Assembly (NCBI GenBank): GCA_965228885.1
Contig: OZ245841.1
Span: 1,464,348 to 1,528,347, forward strand
DNA: 64,000 nucleotides
Source: Rickettsiales bacterium
GTDB lineage: Bacteria > Pseudomonadota > Alphaproteobacteria > Rickettsiales > CANDYO01
Reading direction: 5' to 3'
In this document: in pieces, positions 42,373-53,035 of the stretch
Layout of the letters: the number at the start of each line of letters is the position of its first letter
Numbering within the stretch: position 1 is the stretch's first letter
Notes under the pieces: model-generated
What the model was told of the DNA's origin: nothing
The model's input: the letters and a program-made list of their open reading frames with translations, nothing else
Databases searched by the model: none
Translations under genes and position numbers: made by a program

Positions 42373-45170
42373 CTACCACATCTGCATTTTGAATTCTTTC
42401 TTTTGCATTTGATTTGCTTTAACATGATCACTCATTTTTACCTGATTTTGTAGTTCAGTGGCTGATGTTTGATTTCCATCGTTTTTTATTAGAGTTTTTT
42501 CTAGCTCCTGTTTGTTTTGTGTGAGGATTTTTATCTCATCCTGATGCCTTGATAAAGTTACCAGCCAAGATTTTTGTTCATTTAATAATTTATGATTTTC
42601 AATTGCAGCGATTGTATTAGCGTAAGTTTTGCCCTGTGAGGAATGCACTGTGATGCAATAGCCATAATCAGTATGTTTTAAAGCAGATATAGGAACAATT
42701 CTGGTGAGATTATTTTCAAATTGAAGTGATACTTTATCATTTCTTATTTGTTTGATAATAGCAGTTTCTGAATTTATAAGTCCAAACTCCTTATTATTCT
42801 GAGTAAAAATTATTTTTAGATTCTCTTGTAGTTTAAGTTGTTGCTCAGTAAATACGGTGAATTTATTGCTATAATCTATCGATAGTTTTAAATAGAATAG
42901 AACTTCTTTGCCATTTTCTTTTGCAAGAATAAGGCTATTAGTGAAACTATTGCATTTTTTAACTCGCAAAAATTCATTCTTTTCAATCTTATTTTTATAA
43001 GATTTGTTGAATTTTAAAATATCTCCTTCCTTATAATTCTGTACAAATCTCATCTCAGCTTTGCTCAAATCTTTTAGCCTTAATATATGATGTGATTTTC
43101 CTTTACCAGATAAGGTTCCTTCTTCTTGCAGCCCAGTTCTTATCTGATTATTAATAGCATCACGTAAACTTCTAGTAGGCGAGATTAGTAATGTGTTATT
43201 TCGTTTTTCCTTATCGACCCGAAGATAAGCATTTACAGCATCATTACTTAAATTCTTACTTTCAGCGATGTTATTATCATGAATTGCAAAAGTTTCTTTT
43301 ATTTTGCCTTGACTTGCAGCAATAATTGCTTGTTTGTGAGCTTGCTCTTTTTGCCTTACGATTTGTTTTAATTCAATCGGTTTAACTATTGATAAAATCT
43401 GCTTAAATGGCTTACCAGCTTCTACAGCAGAGAGTTGCTTTGGATCTCCCACTAAAACCATTCTGAACTTTAGCATGTCTTGTAGAGAAGTTAGTTTATG
43501 CATTACATTAGTTGAGATCAAGGAAGCTTCATCAACAAATATAATGGTATTTTTATATTCTTTGCTTAAACCGCATAGCGATTCTTTTGTGCCTCTACCT
43601 TCTAAATAACCCTGATATTTTGCTAAAAAGCTATGAATAGTATTAGACTCTATTTTAGCTGAACTTCCTAATGTTTTACTAGCAGAAGCAGTAGGTGCCA
43701 TTCCTTCAAATTCTTCATGTTTTATAAATAATCTGATGATTTTATTTAGCTTATGATCTGCAATGTCCCTAACGGAATTAAGTACTGTGGATTTACCTAC
43801 ACCTGGTAAGCCAACAACCGAAATAATATTATCTTTAGAAGAAAGAATATGCTTTGTAACTTTTTCTTGCTGATTATTCATTTGAAAATCGGGATTTTGT
43901 TTTAAAGACCTATTGATAAATTTCTTATAATGAGCCTTGAAATATTTTTCTTCTACTAGAGGTTTTGCTTTACCTATAGAATTTTGAGCATGTTTTAGAA
44001 TTTGTTTTTCTTTTGTTAGTAGGACTTTGCTAGTATATTGATTATTATACTCAATTAATGAACCTTGTTGTACCTGGTTTTTAAATTCCTGATCTATTTC
44101 TCTAATAGTATGATTACCTATAGATAATTTTAAAGCTTTCCTGGATAAATCTTCTTTAGTAAACACTGATTTATACTGTGTTACATCCTCTATGCATAAT
44201 TTTACTAAATCTTTTAAATCAAGTTTTTCATTGATTGAAGGGTCTGATGATTGTTCACACCCTTTACTCAGTTGATTCTCTTGAGTGATTTCTTGAATAA
44301 CCTTCTTCTCCAGTTTATGCCAAGCTTTAGTGATATCTTCTTGCAAACTTATGCTTTTAGATTTTCTAGAGTTAATAACTATTTTATCTCGGCCTTCCTT
44401 AGTAGTTACATTATAAAATTTACATAATTCTTCAATTTCCTTTCTCCTAGTAGAAAATGCATCAATTATTTTTGGGTGAACATGACTCAATTCAAACGAA
44501 CTACTACCATCTGATAAAATTGTTGGAGTAATGTCATAGCCTAATTTCTTAGTTTCAATTGCTAATTCATTACGGAATATCTGGCCAAAAAATTTGTTGT
44601 TCTTTAGGACTTCCTCGAAAGCAATACTTCTATATTTACCATCATCGCATTTAGCAGCGTTAGCTAATAAACAATGAATATGCGCTTGTGGCTCAACATT
44701 ACGATTAGTGCTATGCAAAAAGCAAGCAAATGTGAGTTTATTGACTGGCTCTTTTATTACGCTATTGTGACCTTTTCTAAATTTTACATAATTATTTTCT
44801 TCTATGTATTTTAGAGTATTATTCACTGCAATTTTAAAGCTGATTCTAGATTTTGTTTATTCTCATTATTAGCATAAATCAGCATCTCTATTGAAAAGCT
44901 CTTTGGAGCTGAGAAAGTTAAATCTACCCCTGTACAATGCTCTTCTTTACCATTAATTTTTCTAGCAAGCTTCTGACCATTAGGCATTTTCCCTTCAAGT
45001 AAGTCTATAAAGCTTTGATTATCTTTAGCCTTAAATTTACCAGAAAGATTAAAATCATCTTTAGCCCCTTCGCCAAACCAATAGCCTTGGGCCTCGCTTC
45101 CATAATAATCTCCATGAGAATAATAATTCGCTGCAGCGCTTGAACTTTTAAACACACGAGTTGATAACAT
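42373..45170 (-). pseudogene. MOBF (TrwC/TraI-like) relaxase-helicase, frameshifted
   Basis: NYYSHGDYY, DLTFSAPKS, H.TNR..PQAHIH, FSTRR, GLPGVGKS, VDEAS, GYCITVHSSQG; 1 bp missing near 44831-44835. Confidence 0.9.
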
Positions 45171-45203
45171 GATTTACCCTTTATACTATTTGAATTATTT
45201 TAT

Positions 45204-45548
45204 TTAAGATTTTCTTTTAATAATTTTATATCCATATGGCTCTCTTGCTATACGACTATACTCTAGAGCGTTTTTATCAATTTCCTCTATCTCATCTTGT
45301 TCATAATATTGTGTTAAAGCTTTTCTTTGGAAGTAAACCAATTTCAATAATAAATTGATGCTCAATATATTATGCCTCTCAATTGGAGTACTAGTGTACC
45401 GCTCATTTTCATCAAGCAAGTCAGTATTTTCGTTGAATAACTTCTTTCTCATATATTCACTTAGACTAAATCCAAATTGCTTAGCTATTTCCTGCAAAGC
45501 TTGTTTTTCTGACTTTGTCATTGATAATAAAAAATTTGTCTTTTTCAT
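45204..45548 (-). CDS. ribbon-helix-helix relaxosome accessory protein (MobC/TrwA-like)
   Basis: FLLSMTKSEKQALQEIAKQFGFSLSEYMR; directly upstream of relaxase. Confidence 0.7.
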   Translation of the reverse strand: MKKTNFLLSMTKSEKQALQEIAKQFGFSLSEYMRKKLFNENTDLLDENERYTSTPIERHNILSINLLLKLVYFQRKALTQYYEQDEIEEIDKNALEYSRIAREPYGYKIIKRKS

Positions 45549-45612
45549 AAATATTTCCTTATATTTCTTAGGGTGGGCACAGTATGCCTATCCTTTATAG
45601 TTAATCTAAAAA

Positions 45613-45924
45613 GTTACACCTGGTAACACCGGGGCTGGTTATCATTTTTATCCTGGTGTAACCAACAAATGCTGATAAAATAAGGCTTTAGGATAGGTGG
45701 TAACACAAGTTACACCGGTAACACCGAAAATTTAATGACTTTCAGACTTTTTGTTTTTTTATGCCTTATTATTTAGCAAAATTTTTGAAAAATTCTAAAA
45801 CCTATATTTTTGTGGTGTTACCGGTGTTACTTGTGTAACTTTATTCTCAATCCCTTGATATACTTAACTTCTTAAGTTACACCTTGACTTGATTTGAATA
45901 AAATCCAGGTGTTACCGGTGTAAC
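45613..45924. repeat. dyad-symmetric array of 12 GTWACACM octamers (putative replication origin)
   Basis: Units at 45613, 45623, 45655, 45700, 45709, 45718, 45814, 45823, 45832, 45876, 45908, 45917. Confidence 0.85.
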
Positions 45925-45937
45925 TTTTTTAGGTCAA

Positions 45938-47703
45938 TTAAATTAATATTTTATCAGCAATATGGTAAACCCTAATTTTACCAACATCAGGTAAATGCTT
46001 AACTTCCATACTCTTACCTTGACTATCTGGAATTAAAAAACCCTTTTGAATCAGATACTGACTAACTTGCCTATAATTTAATCCCTTACAAACTTCGTTT
46101 TTGTAAACTTCTGGTAAAATATAGTAATGAAATACTCCTTCGATTCTCTGTTTATAACCAGCTCGATCAATGGGCTTAATTAAAGAGGAAATATCACTAA
46201 TATTAATAAATCTACTTTCACCATATTTTTCCAAAAAAGATTTTACTTGGGCTATAGCTTTTTTTTGCTCTAAATCTTTAGTATTTCCTCGTTCAATGAG
46301 CCAAGATTTGAAACACTTAGATATTGCTTCTTGTGCGTCTCCTTGATTTAAGGAAGATAAAATTCCAAACTTAATTGCGAGCTCTCCAGCTGCTGCTATG
46401 AGTCCAAAGCGATTTGCAACTCTAGTTACTTGACCACTTGAACTTTCTGGTAAGTATTTATTCTTAAATTCTTGGCTAATTTGTTTAACTTGAGTAATTA
46501 CTGAATCAATATCAGCAGTGAAACCTTCAAGATATTTAGTAATTGCAGTACCATAATATTTACTACATGCATCTTTTAAATGTCTGGATAATAATTCTCC
46601 ATTTTTAAAACCATGTAGATCTTCAAATATACCAAATCCACTATTACAATTAGCAGGAATACTTACAAATCTTACTTCCATACCAGCAAAAGATCTTTTG
46701 TTGGTTTCTTGAACTTTAGTCGCGATATCAATTTCACCAGTGGAAAAAATAAGGGTGCCCCAATTGTGGACCTCCTTCATTGTAATATTGCTCTTAAGTC
46801 TTCTTTTTCCCTGATTATTAGCAAGCATATAAACCATGTCACTAACTGCCTTACTATCTGCCTGTGCAAGTTCATCCAAAGGTAATAAACAATCATTATG
46901 ATTTTGTGCAACCACTTCTAAAGCATTACAAGTAACTCTCCATTGCTTGATAAAGCTACTTGATCCCCAAACGCTAGCTGCTACTTGTAAAGCTGTAGTT
47001 TTACCAAGTGAGCTACTACCAACTAAATGAATTGCTCCACTTTCTTCGTTTACGAGTTTCAGTAACGGAGCGGCAAAACTACAAGATAAAGCCAAAATTA
47101 ACCTTGAATTATTATTAGCATATTTAGCTATATTGTTTTGCCAATCTTCTAAACTACCAGAAGATTCAAATTGCCTTTCTAGCTCAGTACTAGATTTTAA
47201 TACTAGTTCATTATTTATTGGATATATTGTACCAGGTAAAACGAAATGATTTCTATACCAACCAACGCTTCCAACTAAAGTAAATTTTCTAGATGGGAAT
47301 TCATTGAAATATAGCTAAGTAGTTTTTCTTTAGCTTTCTTGCTATAATTTATTTCGATTCCTTCTGATAAAAATTTATTGAGAATCTCTTTACCATCTCC
47401 GGCAAGTAATCCTGCTGGCATATACCATTTATGCTTCTTTCTGGTTTTTAAAGTTTCCCAAGACAGTAAAAGCCCATAATTATTATCATGTTCATCGCAA
47501 AAATATGCTTCAATATCAAAAGGAGATGAAAGCCACAGCTTCTCTCTATTTCTGGTTTTCTCGTCTACCTTATTATCAATATCTGCTATTAATTGCTTAA
47601 AGTTGTGAGTAGTAGGTTTGATGTTTTTTGCATCAATATTATTCTTTTCTGGAAGTAGATAACAAAGTGCATTTTTGTTTTTAATGTAATTTTCTAAACT
47701 CAC
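45938..47703 (-). pseudogene. DUF927-domain helicase/replication protein, frameshifted
   Basis: VGWYRNHFVLP, GSLEDW, SCSFAAPLL, GSSSLGKT, LDE, STGE, RVANRFGL; frame break near 47290-47310. Confidence 0.85.
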
Positions 47704-47705
47704 TA

Positions 47706-47927
47706 TTACCCCCTTATTTGAGAAGTTGAGTTTACGGTATTGGCTTGAAGATAATCTTCAATATCTCGCAAATCATAGCGCACGCATTTACCTATTTTAA
47801 TATAGAGAATACCCCCACCTTTAATACGATCAGCTTCTAGCTTCCGTCTTGTGCAGTTAAGTAATTTAGCTGCTTGGGCTGTATCTAAAAGAATATAATT
47901 AAAATTGTTATTAGTTTTTTCTAGCAT
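47706..47927 (-). CDS. AlpA/excisionase-like HTH protein
   Basis: LLDTAQAAKLL..R..GGG..YIKIGKCVRY...DIEDYL. Confidence 0.85.
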   Translation of the reverse strand: MLEKTNNNFNYILLDTAQAAKLLNCTRRKLEADRIKGGGILYIKIGKCVRYDLRDIEDYLQANTVNSTSQIRG

Positions 47928-48113
47928 TTATAAGTCCTCGTCACTTTAAGTTAATAACAGACGTAAATGTAGAGTGTGATGATTCCAATAAAAACGTTCA
48001 AAGCATTAGATCCAAAAGGGTAAGACCCTTTAGAAATTAAATAAAAACTGGTATCAATGTGTTGCAAAATAAGGAATTAGGTGGGTATGATGCTTCAGAA
48101 CAAAAAAAAGTGA

Positions 48114-48812
48114 TTATTTAGAGTTATTTTTATTCAATTTTTTTAAGCCACCTTTTTGAGATTCTGGTTCTCTCACGAAAGTAGCTAACATTTTTGCTTT
48201 AGTCATTGATGAATAAATTTCACCAGGCATTTCTTTCAATTTATTATAAAACCAGTCTATGAGTATTTTTGTTTGTGGCTGATTGGTATCCGTTATGTTA
48301 AATTCTGTAACTGCTAAATCAAGAAGTTTCATATATGGACTCAAGTAATTAGCTCTGTGATGAATGACAGGAGCAGATTTTCTTTTTAAGGATGGATAAG
48401 GAAAAACTTCATATAGTTCATTAGTCTTGAGAAAAATATTTATGTATAATCTTTTGTCATACAATGAATTTACAGGTTGTAATTCACTTTCGTCCCAATT
48501 AATTTTATTATACTGCCACTGAATTCCTGATATTTCATAACGAAGTGGATGTTCATAAGCAGTTTCAGGTGGATCACCTTCTCTTTGAGCAATTGCAACT
48601 ATTTTTTCTTCAAATAAAGCTAAAAATAAAAGTCTCTTAGCATAATCTATTTCTGTTATATCTGAATTCTGGATACTTCTTTTTTCTCCGCGAATAACCA
48701 TTTAGTATACTTCAGGTATAGGCTTAAATCCAAAAGCTATCCATTCAACTGCTTGACGTAGGTCTGCTGACCTCATAATAATTGGAGATTCTGGAAGTTC
48801 AAATTCTGACAT
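48114..48812 (-). pseudogene. island hypothetical protein with in-frame stop
   Basis: ATG 48812 MSEF..LRQAVEWIAFG..EVY* is in frame with the ORF starting at 48701. Confidence 0.55.
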
Positions 48813-48971
48813 TGCTAATAGATAATGTTTATCGCACTTGAATATATAAATAATGCTATTAAGAGCAATTTTCAAGTTTTAGTCTAATTTGAAATTAATC
48901 CTGGTGGTCACTTATTGGTCACTTTTGATTTTTAGCGTTTTTAAAGAGTTTTCTGAATCCAGCAGATTTGT

Positions 48972-49047
48972 TGGTGTGCCCAGTAGGATTCGAACCTACG
49001 ACCCTTTGATTAAAAGTCAAATGCTCTACCAACTGAGCTATGGGCAC
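48972..49047 (-). tRNA. tRNA-Lys(TTT), integration site
   Basis: GTGCCCATAGCTCAG..GACTTTTAATC..TTCGAATCC..GGGCACACCA. Confidence 0.97.
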
Positions 49048-49147
49048 ATAAAAAAGAACAGGCTTCTATTTGTAGCAAGATTATAAAACTTGTCAATCAT
49101 AAACTTTCGATTATGCTGTTAAATATGAGAATATTTTTAAATAAGGT

Positions 49148-49903
49148 ATGCGAATGACTAATTTAGATGATAAAACTGTAATTATTATTCCAATTCGTAT
49201 GGCATCAACTCGTCTGCCAGGGAAGTTTCATGTTGATATTGAGGGGAAAGAAATGATCCTTCATGTAATTGATCGTGCACGTGAATCTGGTTTTAGTAAT
49301 ATTGTTGTAGCTTGCGACCATCAAGATCATTTTAAATTAGTTATGGATTATGGTGTTAAGGTTGTGATGACAGGTGACCATCATCAATCAGGCTCAGACA
49401 GATCTTATGAGGCCTTGAACATTATTGATCCGGACAAGAAGTTTGAATATGTAATTAATTTACAGGGTGATATGCCATTTTTTGATCCTCTAGCTATTGC
49501 TGGAGTGGTGCAAGAATTAGACAAAGATGCAAAAGCTGACATTTCCACTATGGCAGCTTTGATAACAGATATAGATGATGTGAAAGACCCCAATGTGGTT
49601 AAGGTGGTGTTTAATGAGAATCATCATGCACTTTATTTCTCAAGGCTTCCAATCCCATATTCAAAAGACTTATCTAAAGCAGATTATTTCTATCATGTGG
49701 GAATATATGCCTATCGCCGCGCGGCTTTAAAGAAATATATAGAGCTTCCTCAAAGTGTTCTTGAAATCACTGAAAAGTTAGAGCAATTAAGAGCCTTAGA
49801 AAAGGATATGATTATTAGGGTTGGAATATCAAAAGAAATCCCCATCTCAATTGATGTGCCAGAAGATTTAGAACATGCTAGAGAGCATGCAAGAAAATTA
49901 TAG
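49148..49903 (+). CDS. kdsB: CMP-KDO synthetase
   Basis: IP.RMASTRLPGK, SGSDR, INLQGD, HVGIYAY, EKLEQLRALE. Confidence 0.95.
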   Translation: MRMTNLDDKTVIIIPIRMASTRLPGKFHVDIEGKEMILHVIDRARESGFSNIVVACDHQDHFKLVMDYGVKVVMTGDHHQSGSDRSYEALNIIDPDKKFEYVINLQGDMPFFDPLAIAGVVQELDKDAKADISTMAALITDIDDVKDPNVVKVVFNENHHALYFSRLPIPYSKDLSKADYFYHVGIYAYRRAALKKYIELPQSVLEITEKLEQLRALEKDMIIRVGISKEIPISIDVPEDLEHAREHARKL

Positions 49904-50084
49904 GAAATGAATTAACCCAAGGTTCTAGTAGATGTAAATCCCTGGACTCCATGAAATTATAGCTAGTACTAAAACTTCTCTTAAATGACAAAGGAGTTGT
50001 TACGTAATAGTTGACAAAAATTAACCTTTATGTTATATCTAATTTATAAATTAATCATTAATTAATAATTATTAGGTGTTAGTT

Positions 50085-51824
50085 ATGTATATAACATTGG
50101 CTCTAACAGCAGCTTATACTGCTTCTTCTTATTATTATAACCATTACAATCGTGCTCAAGCTAATGAATATCGTCATAAAGCTGGGGTGAGCTTTGCAGT
50201 TATGAGCGGAAGATTACTTGGTATAATTGAAGGTATAACATCGGGAATGTATGACCTACTTCTTTCAAAAGATATTAACACAGAAACTCTTTACGATCAG
50301 CTTATAGAGTTAGGAGAGGAAGAAAAGCTACGAAATTATAGTTATATAGGTAAGGATTTTTCAGTTCAGTTTGAGAATTTGATGAATTTCATCAAAGAGT
50401 TTGGAGTGCATAATATGCAGGCCTCTGTCAGCGCTGTATTGGAAGGGGAGGATTTAGAAGAACTTCCTTATCTTTATATGCCCTATCATCAATATATAAA
50501 GCCGAGCATAGCAATGATCGGTGTTTCAGAATTTATATACCAACAATTCGATAGAATAAAATTAATTTATGATTACCAGACTGGTAACTTAGATATGATG
50601 GATATTATTGAAGAATATGGTATAGAGAGTGTTCCAACTTTAAAAATGATAGGAGTTAATTTTTCTGAGGTAATTGACTTTTATATTTACACTATCGTAA
50701 TGGAAAATGGCATAGAATCTATCAAGATTCTAAAAGATGCAGGTGCCGATTTTGATAAAATGAGAGGTGATTATATTACTTTAATAGCTAAAAAATATGG
50801 CAAGGATGCTATATATTGGCTAAAAGATGCAGGTAGCGATTTTGCTAAATTATATGGACATGATATTGTTGATATTGCTAAAAAATACGGCAAGGATGCT
50901 CTGCAGTGGCTAAAAGATGCAGGTAGCGATTTCAATATGTTAGGTCCATATGATATTGGGCAGATTATTATAAACCATGGTCTAGAAATCATCCCTTTCT
51001 TAGTTAATGATCTTGATGTTAAGTTGAGTAAAATGGGAGGAGGTGATATTGCTAAGGTTACTATAAAATATGGCAAGGATTCTTTGTATATCTTAAAAAA
51101 TGCTGATGCAGATTTTAGTAAGATGGAAGGAAAAGATATTGTTTCGGTTGCTAATATTTATGGTGGGGATTGTCTAAAATTATTTAAAGAATGGGGAGCA
51201 GATTATAGTAAATTTTTTGCTAAGAATATAGTTGATTTTGTTATCCATCATGGATTAGAAAGCATCTCATTTCTGGCTGCAATAGGTGGAGTTGATTTCT
51301 CTAAAATGACTGGAGGTGATATTGTTGCCGTTGCTAAAAAATATGGTAATGAGTCTCTCTGGTTATTAAAAGACGCAGGTAGTGATTTTGATATGTTAGG
51401 GCCAGATGATCTTTCTCATCTTATTTTAGATCAAGGGTTAGATGTTGTTGAGTTCTTAAGTGATATAAGTATTGATTTTGCTAAGATGGGTGAGAAAGAT
51501 GTTATGCTGCTGTTAGATAAATATGGCAAAAATGGAATTGATACGCTACACAAGGTTGGAGCTGATTTCAGCGCATTAAGTTTAAGTGATGTCCTTTCTG
51601 TGATTGATACTTATGGGGAGGAAGTTATTTGGTCATTTCAAGATGCTGAGGTTGATTTTACTAAGTTGTCTGAAGAAATTAACGATAATATAGTTTCAGA
51701 ATCTGAGATATTGGAAGAGGAGATGTTTAAAGCATTTAGTTCAATTGATATTAATAATATACATTCTGCTTTAGGAGCTATACGGTCTGATTTAGATGTT
51801 ATTGAAGCGGGACAAATTGTATGA
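50085..51824 (+). CDS. ankyrin-like 30-aa repeat protein
   Basis: About 12 repeats I..IAKKYG..AL.WLKDAG.DF.KM; TTGACA-17-TATATC at 50012. Confidence 0.8.
   Translation: MYITLALTAAYTASSYYYNHYNRAQANEYRHKAGVSFAVMSGRLLGIIEGITSGMYDLLLSKDINTETLYDQLIELGEEEKLRNYSYIGKDFSVQFENLMNFIKEFGVHNMQASVSAVLEGEDLEELPYLYMPYHQYIKPSIAMIGVSEFIYQQFDRIKLIYDYQTGNLDMMDIIEEYGIESVPTLKMIGVNFSEVIDFYIYTIVMENGIESIKILKDAGADFDKMRGDYITLIAKKYGKDAIYWLKDAGSDFAKLYGHDIVDIAKKYGKDALQWLKDAGSDFNMLGPYDIGQIIINHGLEIIPFLVNDLDVKLSKMGGGDIAKVTIKYGKDSLYILKNADADFSKMEGKDIVSVANIYGGDCLKLFKEWGADYSKFFAKNIVDFVIHHGLESISFLAAIGGVDFSKMTGGDIVAVAKKYGNESLWLLKDAGSDFDMLGPDDLSHLILDQGLDVVEFLSDISIDFAKMGEKDVMLLLDKYGKNGIDTLHKVGADFSALSLSDVLSVIDTYGEEVIWSFQDAEVDFTKLSEEINDNIVSESEILEEEMFKAFSSIDINNIHSALGAIRSDLDVIEAGQIV
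50598..51668 (+). repeat. 90-bp (30-aa) intragenic tandem repeats
   Basis: Near-identical DNA at ~50788-50842 and ~50878-50932. Confidence 0.85.
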
Positions 51825-51994
51825 GGATAATAGCTTATTAGTTGGGGGATGATGTGATTAAGGTTGGTAATAAAATAAAAATTGAGGATTATAATGAAAT
51901 AAAAGGAGATACAAAGATAAAAATAGGGAAAAAATCACCCTTCCATCTTATTTCTTCTATTATGAAAAAACATGGTAGTAAATCTATTCATTCA

Positions 51995-52552
51995 AATAAA
52001 TCATCCTCGGAGCAAGCCCCGAGGTATTTATTATAAGAATAACTTCAACTGCTGTTTATGTAATACTTGGTATTCTGCTTCTTTACCTTGATTTTTTACA
52101 TAATTAGCTATGCTCTTTTCGTTTCCATGTTGACCTACTGTATTTATAAAGAATCCTTTGCTCCAGAACTCCCCTCCCCACAATTGTTTCTTTACTTTAG
52201 GAGACAATCTAAAAACTTCTCTTGCTGTTATACTCTTTACAATAGTTGCTATCTTAGTAGGACTATACATAGGTACTGACTGAATAAGAAAATGAACATG
52301 ATCTTTATCAGTTCCAATTTCTAAAAACACTATTTCATATCTTTTTGAAATTTCTAAGCAAACCTCTTTCAAAACATGATCTACTTCTTCTTCAAATATT
52401 ACTTTCCTATATTTTGCCGGACATACCAAATGATACAGAAGCACTGATACATTATGGCTCTTATGTTTATATTCACTCTTAGGCATTCCATAACTTTATC
52501 ACTGTTATTTCTACGAGGCAAGCCTCGAGGAATTAAACCTGTAGCGATTAAA
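51995..52552 (-). mobile_element. IS200-family element, copy 2
   Basis: Appears identical to 13848-14405. Confidence 0.9.
52031..52486 (-). CDS. tnpA: IS200/IS605 Y1 transposase
   Basis: Same protein sequence as 13884-14339. Confidence 0.95.
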   Translation of the reverse strand: MPKSEYKHKSHNVSVLLYHLVCPAKYRKVIFEEEVDHVLKEVCLEISKRYEIVFLEIGTDKDHVHFLIQSVPMYSPTKIATIVKSITAREVFRLSPKVKKQLWGGEFWSKGFFINTVGQHGNEKSIANYVKNQGKEAEYQVLHKQQLKLFL

Positions 52553-52692
52553 TGGATTAAACATAACATTATATCATTAACCTCACTATCAGCTATAAGC
52601 TCTATATTACCTTAATATAGTAAATTAACTTGACATTTAGCTAAACTATGTTAATATATTAACCAATTCAACTAAGATAAGGAAAAGTTATT

Positions 52693-52956
52693 ATGTTTGA
52701 TCTCAAAAAAATAAAAAATCAAGCTGAAAAATTTGCCTCTGAAACTAAAACTCAATTTAAAAACATAGAAGATGAGCTAAGTGCAACAAAACAGGAATTA
52801 GCAAATCTACAAAATAATCAGCAGGAAACCACCAAATCTCTAAAGTGTATGATGGACTACATCATCTGCACTAAAACTGCTAGTTATTCAGACTCTAATC
52901 AACTAGAGCAAATAAAAGTTTGCGGTGAAATTTTAGAATTTGAGTGCCAATTTTAA
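52693..52956 (+). CDS. small coiled-coil hypothetical protein
   Basis: AAGGA RBS; TTGACA upstream; 87 aa. Confidence 0.6.
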   Translation: MFDLKKIKNQAEKFASETKTQFKNIEDELSATKQELANLQNNQQETTKSLKCMMDYIICTKTASYSDSNQLEQIKVCGEILEFECQF

Positions 52957-53035
52957 TCATTCAACAAGTATTTCTATTATAATTTAGAAATTACTGTTAT
53001 AAGTTTTATATATAAATACTCTTAAAACTTAACGA

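Larger units (their letters stand above)
26275..49019. mobile_element. ~22.7 kb integrative mobilizable element inserted in tRNA-Lys
   Basis: 55-bp direct repeats at 26275-26329 and 48965-49019; integrase, AlpA-like HTH, DUF927, MOBF relaxase; no T4SS genes. Confidence 0.92.

Noticed and set aside
45613-45924. Possible CRISPR array
   Set aside because: 8-bp units in mixed orientation, no regular repeat-spacer period, no cas genes
51842-52036. 64-aa ORF
   Set aside because: Runs into the IS200 end; low complexity
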